Positions 42,850 to 52,599 of a DNA stretch of 64,000 bases are shown here, one piece after another. Each line of letters begins with the position of its first letter. Position 1 is the stretch's first letter. The notes below the pieces were generated by a model. The model made no database searches, was not told the origin of the DNA, and saw only the letters and a program-made list of their open reading frames with translations. The position numbers and the translations under genes are program-made. Origin of the DNA: Spirochaetota bacterium (lineage in GTDB: Bacteria > Spirochaetota > UBA4802 > UBA5550). Where the stretch lies: the NCBI GenBank assembly GCA_963663865.1, contig OY760686.1, forward strand, positions 2,816,001-2,880,000. The letters are read 5' to 3'.

Positions 42850-42963
42850 TCATAGGCCTGGAGCAAGAAGCTGTTTCAACTTTGCATTTTCAGATTCAAG
42901 TTCCCGCATCTTCTTTAAATCTGAGACTCCCATTCCGGAATACTTTGAATGACAATTATAAAA
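42850..42963 (-). mobile_element. IS3-family transposase OrfA remnant
   Basis: Translates to FYNCHSKYSGMGVSDLKKMRELESENAKLKQLLA, resembling the IS3 OrfA HTH end and leucine zipper. Confidence 0.72.
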
Positions 42964-43004
42964 ATAGAAATTGGTTCTACAAATGCCACTGTATTCTCCT
43001 TAGT

Positions 43005-46000
43005 TTATTCATCCCTATACTTCTTAAAGTTTTCAGCCTGTTCAAATATCTCTTTGAACACTTCATCCTTCGGAACCGGTGGATACCCGTGTTCTGCGAG
43101 AATCAGTATCAAATCAACTTTCAATTCCGCCTTTATATCGTCTCGTTGTGACCAGTCGGTGTACCTGGCCTTGTCATCAACGACCTTCTTTACTGCTTGC
43201 GATAATGCAATAAGCTTTTCGTGCGGGTATTCAAATTCATGCTTTTCTGCGACTGCTTTCAGAATGTCATAGAAGGCTTTTTCCTCAAAATTGATACCCA
43301 TTTCTTCGAATGAGTTTTTCTCTTTTTGCAGGTCTTTGAAAAGGTCCGCGAAATGCTGGGCAATATCATCAAGAACATCGTTTGCAAGTGCAAGGCTCTC
43401 TTTTCGTTCGTTGTATTTTTCGATTAAGGCCTTAAACCGCTTGGTAAAATCTATTCCTTTTATTCTGTTAACCTTTTTGAACTCATCTATTGCTTTTTTG
43501 AGTAATTGTTGTAAGAGTTTTATCTTCGTATTCGGCAATTTAATCCTGTCGATTTTTGCCATGTATTCATCACTGAAAATATCGATGTCTTTGTCAGCCT
43601 CATTTTCGCCAAGCTTGAAAACTTCCTCAACACCGTCAGCCAACAGTGCTTCTTTTATCATCTCCCGGACTTTCTCGTTCATCTGGGCAGTGTCAGGTGC
43701 ATTCCCCTTGGTCAGCTTGTGTACTATAGAGGCTATTGCCATATAAAAATGAATATGGTCCCGTTCATTTTGATTTAGCTCCTCGCTGGTTGAGCAGATT
43801 TTATATGCACCCCTGAGTTTTTTTGTCATTGCCATGAAGCGGGTTTCAGCTTCTTTTGTAATCTGAACGTATTCTGCACCCTTGTTCAGGCATTCAAGCT
43901 GCTGCAATGGCGTACCGTTGAAATAAGGATTAGTATCGAATTTTAGAAAAAGTCTTCTCAGCAAATCAAGCTGGTCTTTTACGATAATGACCGCTTTATG
44001 GATATCCTCAAAATCGTCTTCTTCGACCTGTGAATATTTCTTGAGGGCAAAATTCATGTTGCTTTTGATACCGATGTAATCGACAACAAGTCCGGCTTCT
44101 TTTCCCTCATACACACGGTTTACCCGTGAGATGGTCTGAATAAGTGAGTGCTGCTGAATTGGTTTGTCAATGTATATGGTATCGAGAAAAGGAACATCAA
44201 AACCGGTGAGCCACATGTCAACAACCATGGCAATCTTGAAATTTGACTTCGCATTCTTAAACTGCCGGTCAAGTTCTTTGCGGTAGTCTTTTGTTCCAAG
44301 CATATCCCAGAGTTCTTTGGGATCGTCTTTGCCTCTGGTCATCACCATTTTGATTTTTTCCATCGGCTTAATTTCTTTTCGGTCTTTTTCCGAAAGGGTT
44401 ACCCCTTCATCACATTCCCGTACTTCTGCCCATTGCGGGCGGAGTTTTATTATTTCCTTGTACAGGTCATATGCAATCTGTCTGCTTGATGAAACAAACA
44501 TGATTTTGCCCAGAACCGTTGAGCCTTCTTCAACCCGTTCCTCGTAATGGGCAACAAAATCCTTTGCCAACTCTTCCAGGCGGTCGGGGTCACCGAGTAT
44601 AACTTCCATATTGGTGACAGCCTTTTTACTCTCTTCTATCTGGTAATCATTAGTGCCTTCGTCAGCGCATTGCTCGTAATATTCTTCGATTTCTTGTAGC
44701 TTCTTCTTGTCCAGAAGCACCTTGGCGGCTCTTCCTTCATAAACAATGCGAACCGTGATATTATCCTGAACAGATTCCTTCATCGTGTATGCGTCTACAA
44801 CCTTGCCAAAGACATCGAGAGTGGCATCAATCGGCGTACCGGTAAAACCAACATAGGTGGCGTTGGGCAGTGAATCATGCAGGTATTTGGCAAATCCATA
44901 TGTCTTCTTCACTCCCTCTGTTGTTACACGAACCTTCTGGTCGAGATTTATTTGTGACCGGTGGGCTTCATCGGAAATACAGATGACATTCGACCGGTCT
45001 GTCAGCAATTTCATATCTTCGGTGAATTTCTGTATGGTCGTCAGGAAGACCCCTCCGCTGTTTCTGTCTTGCAGGTATTTGCGGAGTTCTTCGCGGCTTT
45101 CAACACTGATTACCGTTTCATCACCGATGAATTTCTTGGCGTTGGTGAATTGACCTGAAAGCTGGTCGTCCAAATCGGTACGGTCTGTAATTAGCACAAT
45201 GGTCGGGCTGGAAAAGTGGGCGCTTTTCATTAAAAGGCGGGTAAGGTAGAGCATGGTATAGCTCTTTCCGCTTCCGGTGGCACCGAAATACGTTCCGCCT
45301 TTACCATCACCCTCTGGCCTCATGTTTTCTTTAATGGAATGAAAGAGCTTTCGAGCCGCGTAATATTGCGGATAACGGCAGACAATCTTGATGTCTTCTT
45401 TGGTTGTATCCGGGAAATAGACGAAATTTCTGATGATGTCAACAAGCCTCTGGCGGTTGAACAGCCCTTTGACCATGGTGTACAGGGAATTGATGCCGTC
45501 TTCTTCTTTGAGTTCGTAGCCGTCTGTTTTTCGCCAGGCATAGTAGAAATCATAGGGAGCAAAAAGAGAACCTGCTCTATTGTTTGCACCGTCGCTGATA
45601 ACACAAAAGACATTGTATTTCAGCAGTTCCGGAATATCCCGCCTGTAACGTATGGTCAACTGGTCATAGGCATTCTTGATAGTTGTGTTTTCTTTGATAG
45701 CACTTTTGAACTCTATAACAACAAGCGGAATACCATTGATATAGACAATGGTATCGGGTATGCGTTTCTCATAGCCCTGGATTTCAAGCTGGTTTGCAAT
45801 TTTGTAAATATTCTGGCTGGTGTCATACTGTGCAGATTCTTCTGCTACAATAGTTGTTAATTCATAGGCTTTTGGTTTTAGCGTCGGTGGAAGATTACTG
45901 TAGTCAATGAGTTCAATAAAAAGGTCTTTTTTGGTGCGGTCTTCCCGTTTGAGAACGAAACCGTCTGCAATGAGTTTGTTGATTTCCTTGTTGCTTTCGT

Positions 46001-46229
46001 AGAGCGCCGAAGATGGGTATAGTTCAAGTTTACGTATGATTGAAGAGATTTCATTCAGGGTAATATCTTCAGAAGAATATCTGTTGAACAGGTATTGTTT
46101 GAGGTCATCACGAAGCAGTACATCCGCCATCTCTTTATGAATCTGGTCGCCGGTGAGGTGTTTATAGCCTTCGGCTTCAAAAAGTTCGATTACGGCTTGT
46201 TCAAGTTTTTCTTCGGTGAATTTAATCAA
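43005..46229 (-). CDS. hsdR: Type I restriction enzyme R subunit
   Basis: PD...INGIPLVVIEFK nuclease motif, GATGSGKS, DEAHRSQ, GFTGTP, MWLTGFD and QTISRVNR. Confidence 0.96.
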   Translation of the reverse strand: MIKFTEEKLEQAVIELFEAEGYKHLTGDQIHKEMADVLLRDDLKQYLFNRYSSEDITLNEISSIIRKLELYPSSALYESNKEINKLIADGFVLKREDRTKKDLFIELIDYSNLPPTLKPKAYELTTIVAEESAQYDTSQNIYKIANQLEIQGYEKRIPDTIVYINGIPLVVIEFKSAIKENTTIKNAYDQLTIRYRRDIPELLKYNVFCVISDGANNRAGSLFAPYDFYYAWRKTDGYELKEEDGINSLYTMVKGLFNRQRLVDIIRNFVYFPDTTKEDIKIVCRYPQYYAARKLFHSIKENMRPEGDGKGGTYFGATGSGKSYTMLYLTRLLMKSAHFSSPTIVLITDRTDLDDQLSGQFTNAKKFIGDETVISVESREELRKYLQDRNSGGVFLTTIQKFTEDMKLLTDRSNVICISDEAHRSQINLDQKVRVTTEGVKKTYGFAKYLHDSLPNATYVGFTGTPIDATLDVFGKVVDAYTMKESVQDNITVRIVYEGRAAKVLLDKKKLQEIEEYYEQCADEGTNDYQIEESKKAVTNMEVILGDPDRLEELAKDFVAHYEERVEEGSTVLGKIMFVSSSRQIAYDLYKEIIKLRPQWAEVRECDEGVTLSEKDRKEIKPMEKIKMVMTRGKDDPKELWDMLGTKDYRKELDRQFKNAKSNFKIAMVVDMWLTGFDVPFLDTIYIDKPIQQHSLIQTISRVNRVYEGKEAGLVVDYIGIKSNMNFALKKYSQVEEDDFEDIHKAVIIVKDQLDLLRRLFLKFDTNPYFNGTPLQQLECLNKGAEYVQITKEAETRFMAMTKKLRGAYKICSTSEELNQNERDHIHFYMAIASIVHKLTKGNAPDTAQMNEKVREMIKEALLADGVEEVFKLGENEADKDIDIFSDEYMAKIDRIKLPNTKIKLLQQLLKKAIDEFKKVNRIKGIDFTKRFKALIEKYNERKESLALANDVLDDIAQHFADLFKDLQKEKNSFEEMGINFEEKAFYDILKAVAEKHEFEYPHEKLIALSQAVKKVVDDKARYTDWSQRDDIKAELKVDLILILAEHGYPPVPKDEVFKEIFEQAENFKKYRDE

Positions 46230-47586
46230 CTATTACCTCCCAGTGCCCGCCCCTGGCAGGTCCGATACGTTTGAGCAGTCCCTTTTTCTTGAGTAATGCT
46301 ATCTGTTTTTCCACTGCCCGGGATGAAATGCCAATACTAGAAGCCAGTTCTTCAGCAGATATATCAGGCGAATTTTTTATCAGCTCCAGAATTTTCTCCG
46401 AACTTTTCTCCGAACCTTTCTCCGAACTTTTCTCCGAACTTTTCTCGCCGTGGTTCCCGGGAGACTGAACAAACAAAGTCGTAGAAACCCCGCCATTCTT
46501 TTCAACTATCTCCGGTTCCGGTAATCCGGCATCTTTACAGGCATTAATGATTTTCAGCGTTCCCCGGCCCCAGGCATCAATATAGCCGCCTAAAAAACAG
46601 GTGTTGGCCAAAAGGGGATTTCGTGGGCGTGAACTGTGTTCTTTTTTGAGGTCTTCGAGGCTCAAACCGTAGGGTAAAGCGCCTTCATTCCAGATGGAAA
46701 GCCGGTCATCATAGACCCGCATTTGAATCGTTGCGCCCATGTAGGTGCGGTGAACCAGCGCATTCAAAAGCATTTCTCTTAGCGCTGCAACCGGATAAAG
46801 ATCATGTTCCAGCCGTTGAAAGCCTTCAAAAGTAATGGGGCGAATCAAAAATTTATGATTAAGCTGTACCTGAACTTCGTGGTACATATGTACCAGATTA
46901 CCCTCGATAATTTCATGAAACCGTAAATCCGCGGCATCTACGCCAAAACGGCCGATTTTTACCTGTATATTGGGATAAAACCGCATGGGGTCTTTACCAA
47001 ACATGATAATGGCAGCCCGTTTAAGTTTTTTGCCATCAGTGAGTTTGAGTTTTTCCAAAAACTGAAAGGCGTTTAAACCTCTGGTTTCAGGCAATCGGCC
47101 TTTGTCGCTGCTGTCTTCGATGAATATGGCAATGCTCTTTTCGTCGATGTCTTTAATCGTCGCATTATCTTCGACCATGTCATCCCAGGTTTTCCCGGCT
47201 TTTTTAATGAGAAACTCATTGAGTTCCACGCCGGTAAGCTCCATTTTGGTGCTGCCGGAACGGTAATAAAATCTTCCCCGCAGAGAAACCGGCACGGAGT
47301 AAGGATTGACCTGAATGCTGATATATTTTTTATCGTCTTCTTCATGAAGCTGCACATCGCAAATAATACCCATGGCATTGCGGATTTTATTAGGGAGGTC
47401 TTCCATGAGTTTTGCGTAATCGGATAAGCCAACGACTTTTCCGCTGTCATCCCTGCCGATAAAAATCATTCCTCCGATGGCGTTGGCAAAACCGCAGATC
47501 CATTTGAGGTAATCGTCGTGCCAGGAAGATTTGAATTCGGTGTTGTGGGATTCGGGGGTATGTTTGATCCCTTTCTCTTTATCCAC
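46222..47586 (-). CDS. AlbA_2 (Schlafen-like) + HATPase_c_4 + winged HTH protein
   Basis: EFKSSW...ICGFANAIGG.IFIG, ALREMLLNALVHR, RPRNPLLA, WGRG and C-terminal wHTH ending RIGPARGGHWEV. Confidence 0.88.
   Translation of the reverse strand: MDKEKGIKHTPESHNTEFKSSWHDDYLKWICGFANAIGGMIFIGRDDSGKVVGLSDYAKLMEDLPNKIRNAMGIICDVQLHEEDDKKYISIQVNPYSVPVSLRGRFYYRSGSTKMELTGVELNEFLIKKAGKTWDDMVEDNATIKDIDEKSIAIFIEDSSDKGRLPETRGLNAFQFLEKLKLTDGKKLKRAAIIMFGKDPMRFYPNIQVKIGRFGVDAADLRFHEIIEGNLVHMYHEVQVQLNHKFLIRPITFEGFQRLEHDLYPVAALREMLLNALVHRTYMGATIQMRVYDDRLSIWNEGALPYGLSLEDLKKEHSSRPRNPLLANTCFLGGYIDAWGRGTLKIINACKDAGLPEPEIVEKNGGVSTTLFVQSPGNHGEKSSEKSSEKGSEKSSEKILELIKNSPDISAEELASSIGISSRAVEKQIALLKKKGLLKRIGPARGGHWEVIVD
46392..46446. 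repeat. 12-bp coding tandem repeat, ~4.6 copies
   Basis: (TTTTCTCCGAAC)n encoding EKSSEKSSEKGSEKSSEK. Confidence 0.9.
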
Positions 47587-49603
47587 TCATCACCTCTTTT
47601 TGAACACCCACCTGTGTTAAATCCACAACTTCCCATCCTGCTGATTTATAGGTTTCAAAACTATGAGTAATATTTTCTTTTAAGCATGCGAAACAAAGCA
47701 AATGTGTAGGTCTTGAAAAGCCAACATACATCATTTTGACTGCTTGTTTATCATATTTACCATTACAACAATGCTCTTGAGCTAATAAAGGATTAGAATT
47801 TCTTTTTATAATCTTTTCACTTTCGTAAGGAGGTCGTTGATATGCTGTTTCTACATACATTGTAGCACAATGCGTTTGCCCTTTTGCTGAATGAACAGTG
47901 CCAATTTCAATTTTCATTGAATTCTCGTCATCATTTCTTGTATGATCGTTTGTACTATTTATAATTATTCTTTCTAAATGGCTGCCAATAAACTTAATTG
48001 TATTCTGTGAAATTGTTAGATCAAACCATGTTTTAAAATCATTCTCAATAAATTCTTTTATATTGTTGTATGTTTCTTTATAATTCTTATTAACAGCCAG
48101 ATCGAATGACCATTGATATACTTTGCTTTTAAATAATTCATAATCACAATGGTTTTCTTTTGATTTAATATATTCTATCATTTCGGCTTTTGTGTAATAC
48201 CGGTTTACCTGACTGCCTCGTATTTTTATCAGGTGAGTTTTACCTTCAATTCTTAAAACATGAATTAAGGCATTTAAAACAGCTTTTCTGACTGCTTCTA
48301 AAGTAGGCTTTTTATGATCAAATAATTGTACATATTTACTCAGAGAATTATATGATTCTTTATTCCCTGCCGCTTCTTTTTTATATGATTTAAAAATATC
48401 TTCTAACCGTAGTTTGCCGTCATGATCTTCAGCATCGTCCCACCTGGCATTCCATCCTATTATCTTAAAACCATATTTTTCTGCTTCTTTAGCTTTATGA
48501 AGTGAAAAGTTATGGATTAATTCTTTAAATTTCTCTTCTAATTGTTTCATAGTATTATTATCAAACAGAATAATATGCGGTTTGATTGGTATATTAAGAT
48601 TCCTGCGTCCCTCAACAACAAAACGAGGCGAATCGTTTTCATCTTGTTGTTTGTCAAGTGTAAAACAATTGACGATACTGGCTATTTCACGAGTCAGCCT
48701 GTTCGAACCATTTAAGTACATTTGATTTCTTGGCACCCAGTCTGCTTCAACCTTAATTTTTTTCGCGGAATTATAGATTGCCTGATTAATATCACCAATT
48801 CTTTGAATTACTGTTGATATATTTGTACCATAAAATATTTTATCAATAATTTTAATTTGAGTCTCATCTAAATCCTGCATTTCATCAATAAAAACGTATT
48901 TGAAACGACATTGCAGAATTTCTATTATTTCAAAATGTTTTTCTAAGTAATAATCAGCCAACTCAAAAGAATTATAGTAGAAAATCTCTCCATTGTTTTT
49001 TAGATCATCATATATTTTTTTTAATTGTTTACCAGACGCAGATGTAAAACTGAGAGAACAACTTCTAAATCTATTTGAAACAAAATTATTTTGACTGTAT
49101 TTTATTGTTTTTACAACATCGATAATTATTTCATTGTTTCTAAGAAGTTTTTTTAAATAAAAATACACTTTACTTTGTAAACCTATCTTCTTTACTATTT
49201 GGTCGTTTATTAAATCATCATCATTTATTCTGATATAAGAACCATATTTTTCAAAACAGGCCTGGTTCGCGATAAATGTATTCACAAAACTTTGCACTGT
49301 CCCGACAAAATTAGGATACTGAAAAAGTACAGGGCAAAATGGCTTTAGATGCTTTTCAATTTCTTCCACCGCTGCGTTGGTATGGGACAAAACTAGAATT
49401 CCTGAACCGTCTTTAAATGGCAAATGTTTTGCGATGCAATAAAGCTTTGCCAAAAGTGCGGTCGTTTTTCCGCTCCCTGGAACCGCCAACAAATCACAGG
49501 CGTCCAGGTTTTTAATAAAGGGAACACGTTCTTCTGGATCAAACGTTTTTCCGCCAATTAAAATCTTCTCAGCTTCTTTGATATGTTCATCTTGAATAAT
49601 CAT
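47579..49603 (-). CDS. gajB: UvrD-like SF1 helicase, Gabija GajB-like
   Basis: AVPGSGKTT, SHTNAA, IDEMQD, IGDINQAIY, TVHSAKG and YVGFSRP; directly downstream of an OLD nuclease. Confidence 0.78.
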   Translation of the reverse strand: MIIQDEHIKEAEKILIGGKTFDPEERVPFIKNLDACDLLAVPGSGKTTALLAKLYCIAKHLPFKDGSGILVLSHTNAAVEEIEKHLKPFCPVLFQYPNFVGTVQSFVNTFIANQACFEKYGSYIRINDDDLINDQIVKKIGLQSKVYFYLKKLLRNNEIIIDVVKTIKYSQNNFVSNRFRSCSLSFTSASGKQLKKIYDDLKNNGEIFYYNSFELADYYLEKHFEIIEILQCRFKYVFIDEMQDLDETQIKIIDKIFYGTNISTVIQRIGDINQAIYNSAKKIKVEADWVPRNQMYLNGSNRLTREIASIVNCFTLDKQQDENDSPRFVVEGRRNLNIPIKPHIILFDNNTMKQLEEKFKELIHNFSLHKAKEAEKYGFKIIGWNARWDDAEDHDGKLRLEDIFKSYKKEAAGNKESYNSLSKYVQLFDHKKPTLEAVRKAVLNALIHVLRIEGKTHLIKIRGSQVNRYYTKAEMIEYIKSKENHCDYELFKSKVYQWSFDLAVNKNYKETYNNIKEFIENDFKTWFDLTISQNTIKFIGSHLERIIINSTNDHTRNDDENSMKIEIGTVHSAKGQTHCATMYVETAYQRPPYESEKIIKRNSNPLLAQEHCCNGKYDKQAVKMMYVGFSRPTHLLCFACLKENITHSFETYKSAGWEVVDLTQVGVQKEVMSG

Positions 49604-51365
49604 TTTTCCTACATGCGTGTTTTATTGCATTTATAAGGTATTGGATATATTCATCGTTTTCATCGATAGTTAACCTGTTTTCAATAATTCTTTCCGCAAA
49701 GCAATTTGCAACCTTTACCTTATCTAATGGTGAAGTACTGTTTCTTTTACTTAACTTTTCAATCAGTTTTGTTTTAAAATCAGATTTAAACTTATTATTT
49801 TCTTCTGGTTTAAATTCATCAGTGCCTGAATGAACTTCGGAAACCGTTTTTTTAAACTGTTCCGATAAGTTTGACTTGAACAAGCACCATTCCAGAGTCC
49901 ATTGCTTGGCAATCTCCAATTTGACATCCGTGCCATTAAAAATTTTAAAAGCTTTTATGATACTTGTTCTTTTCTCTGATTCCATTTCAGTATTGAAATC
50001 TCCATTTTCATCAGGACGAACATCCAAATCCGTAACCACTGAAACAGGAACACCCATTCCCATGCCGTCTTTTCTCAAATAAATTTTCGCGAAATGCAAA
50101 TAAGCAGTAGACCCTACATTGACAATGGACACCTCATTTTTCGTCAAATCATAACCGATTCTTTCTGCTAGGGCAGGGATTAAAATTTCTTCTGCCCAGC
50201 CTTCAACAATTATGACCCCTTTGGCGAAGAAAAGATTGGATTTTGTTACATCCATAAAACGTTTTAAATATGAATAGTTATCAGGCTCTAGCTTAGTATT
50301 CTCTTTTCTCAAGGGATATACATAACAATCTTTACATATAATTAATTTTTCAATATCTACTTTAGAAGCAAGGTTTGGGCTGTGGGTGGTCAAAATAAAC
50401 TGGACTTCCTTTTCATTTAACAAAGCCTCGACCACTTTCATTTGAGCCTGCGGATGTAAATGGGCTTCCAATTCTTCTATAAGGCAAAGTTTCAACCCGT
50501 TCCACTCTTTTTTCAGGTGCAAGAGTTCTGCCGCCATATAAAGACGGTTCATAGTGCCAAGCCCCAGGTTTTTAGATTCGGAAATGCCTAAGGATATTTT
50601 TTCCAGGATTGCTTTTATTTCCGGGTCAGTAAGTTGCAAACTTGAATTAACGGTTTCTTCTATAAATTTCTGTAAAAAACCGTCTACTATATCCTTAATT
50701 TGTTCCTTATTTCCTTTTTCTCCTTCAACAGTGGCGGGTGTTTCAAACCAGATTTTAATTTTTTCATTAACCTCTGAGAACCAACTTACGAATTCGTGCT
50801 TCTGCCCTTCTTTTTCCTTAAATAAATCATGTCCCTGTAGAATTTGAGAAACTCTTGAATTCTTCTTTGCCACCAATTCATTGTCAGCATCCCTTAACGG
50901 TTTTAAATATGTGGATTTCAAATATTCCCGTGCTTCCGCGTTGAGTGGAAAACCTGTTGCATCCATCCCCGCTTTAATATCTGTAGGTAGAATACGATCG
51001 TTTTTTCTTTCTACTTCATAAATAAGACGTAGAATGGGCTTCGCGCCATCACCTTCGCCTTCCCATCCAAGCCATTCCGTAAAATTCTTGGCTTCCTCCA
51101 TTTTTAAGCCTTTAAGTATTATTTCTATACGAAATTTATTTGAATCATTGTAAAAATCTGTATCTTCAACTTTAATCCACTCATAAGCATGTGTTTTTAA
51201 AACTAATTTTATTGCATCCAGAATTGCTGTTTTTCCGGAATCATTCTCACCAATTAATACATTCAGACCTTCATTGAAAGGAACAGTTAAATGGGGCTGT
51301 ACCAAATTCCATTCTGATTTTCCATATTTCCTGAAATTCCAGAGTTTAAGCTCTGATATATACAT
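49587..51365 (-). CDS. gajA: OLD-family ATP-dependent nuclease (ABC ATPase + TOPRIM), Gabija GajA-like
   Basis: GENDSGKT, IEELEAHLHPQAQ, TTHSP, FFAKGVIIVEG.AE, TDLD and TLEW. Confidence 0.8.
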   Translation of the reverse strand: MYISELKLWNFRKYGKSEWNLVQPHLTVPFNEGLNVLIGENDSGKTAILDAIKLVLKTHAYEWIKVEDTDFYNDSNKFRIEIILKGLKMEEAKNFTEWLGWEGEGDGAKPILRLIYEVERKNDRILPTDIKAGMDATGFPLNAEAREYLKSTYLKPLRDADNELVAKKNSRVSQILQGHDLFKEKEGQKHEFVSWFSEVNEKIKIWFETPATVEGEKGNKEQIKDIVDGFLQKFIEETVNSSLQLTDPEIKAILEKISLGISESKNLGLGTMNRLYMAAELLHLKKEWNGLKLCLIEELEAHLHPQAQMKVVEALLNEKEVQFILTTHSPNLASKVDIEKLIICKDCYVYPLRKENTKLEPDNYSYLKRFMDVTKSNLFFAKGVIIVEGWAEEILIPALAERIGYDLTKNEVSIVNVGSTAYLHFAKIYLRKDGMGMGVPVSVVTDLDVRPDENGDFNTEMESEKRTSIIKAFKIFNGTDVKLEIAKQWTLEWCLFKSNLSEQFKKTVSEVHSGTDEFKPEENNKFKSDFKTKLIEKLSKRNSTSPLDKVKVANCFAERIIENRLTIDENDEYIQYLINAIKHACRKNDYSR

Positions 51366-52599
51366 TTTGTTGTTCCGCCTTGGTCATTTTTTCAAGCAAT
51401 AACGTTTTCATCTGCCTTAATGAATTATTCTCTTTTTTACGAATATCAGCAAATTCAAATTGTGATTTAAATATTCGAGCGGACTTCAAAAGAATTTCAT
51501 CTTTTGGAAGTGGAAAATATATATTCAATAAATCCTCTGGGTTAATCGAAGGATATGTTGAAACACTCATTTCTGCCCTTGCTTGCAAACTATGTAAATT
51601 CTCAACATTAGTGATTAACAGATAAATCAATTCTCCGCAAACATTTGGGTAAGTTGGTTTTAATACAGCAAACCCTGTAGACACGATCATGTTCTGTTTG
51701 GGATTTTCTAAAATCCCAAAATGCTTAAGATTTGGGCGAACTGTTGAAAAAACTATGTCGTTATGATTTACTTTTCGTTTTGCTCTACTTGGTATGATAT
51801 CCTCATTTAAATTTAAGGTTTGCACAGCATATATTTCATTATTAGTAATATTGCTCGTATCTAAATATTCAATTGTTTTAAATTTGTCTTTAGCTGTTAG
51901 TGTTGAAACATTACATTTTGCAACATCGCCAACCGTTTTAGTACACCACCCCATCGGAATCTCCTTCTCCAATTCCTTACACCAAACCATCTCCCCGCCA
52001 CTCGACTTATACGGCTTCCCATTCTCATCCGGGAATTCAAAATCCACAAACCACTGCTTATAAATCGCCTGTGCGGTTTCTTCCAGTTTCCGGTTGAGTT
52101 GTTCGTTCAGCTTTATGCGGTTTACGATGGTGTTGTATTCGGTGACGATTTCTTTTTGTTTATCGAGGGTAGGGATGGGGAGTTGCATATTGCAAAATGC
52201 CTTCCAATGCAAGCCACCCCGTACATCAGCGTCAGTATAAAACCAGGCATTTCGGTCAAATTCTTTCCTTGAAAACCACATCATCAAGTATTCTGGGTTC
52301 AGGACATTCTCATCCTTTATTTCAAAAACGTCATAAGCGGGTGATACAAGGAAATCCTCTTCACTTGTCGATAATGCAACAGGTAGTCTTTTATCTCTTC
52401 CGACATGCATCCGGTTACAGGCAAATTGCCCCTTTTTGACCACCTTGTATTTTGTCATATCTGTACCAACAATATTTGCTACAGAGGGCATGAAGTATTT
52501 ATCAATATTTACACCAAGCAAGTTGCTGACAGTGCCTTCAGTATTTCGGGCTTTGACCTCTCTTATATACTTCCCTATGGGCTTATAATTTGATTGCAT
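51346..52599 (-). CDS. hsdS: Type I restriction-modification specificity subunit
   Basis: Two TRDs joined by conserved LPIP...Q..I...N..LEETAQAIYKQWFVDF...EIP.GW. Confidence 0.92.
   Translation of the reverse strand: MQSNYKPIGKYIREVKARNTEGTVSNLLGVNIDKYFMPSVANIVGTDMTKYKVVKKGQFACNRMHVGRDKRLPVALSTSEEDFLVSPAYDVFEIKDENVLNPEYLMMWFSRKEFDRNAWFYTDADVRGGLHWKAFCNMQLPIPTLDKQKEIVTEYNTIVNRIKLNEQLNRKLEETAQAIYKQWFVDFEFPDENGKPYKSSGGEMVWCKELEKEIPMGWCTKTVGDVAKCNVSTLTAKDKFKTIEYLDTSNITNNEIYAVQTLNLNEDIIPSRAKRKVNHNDIVFSTVRPNLKHFGILENPKQNMIVSTGFAVLKPTYPNVCGELIYLLITNVENLHSLQARAEMSVSTYPSINPEDLLNIYFPLPKDEILLKSARIFKSQFEFADIRKKENNSLRQMKTLLLEKMTKAEQQNVYIRA

Noticed and set aside
42783-42880. A true CRISPR array
   Set aside because: No second repeat at spacer distance on either side and no cas genes in the window.
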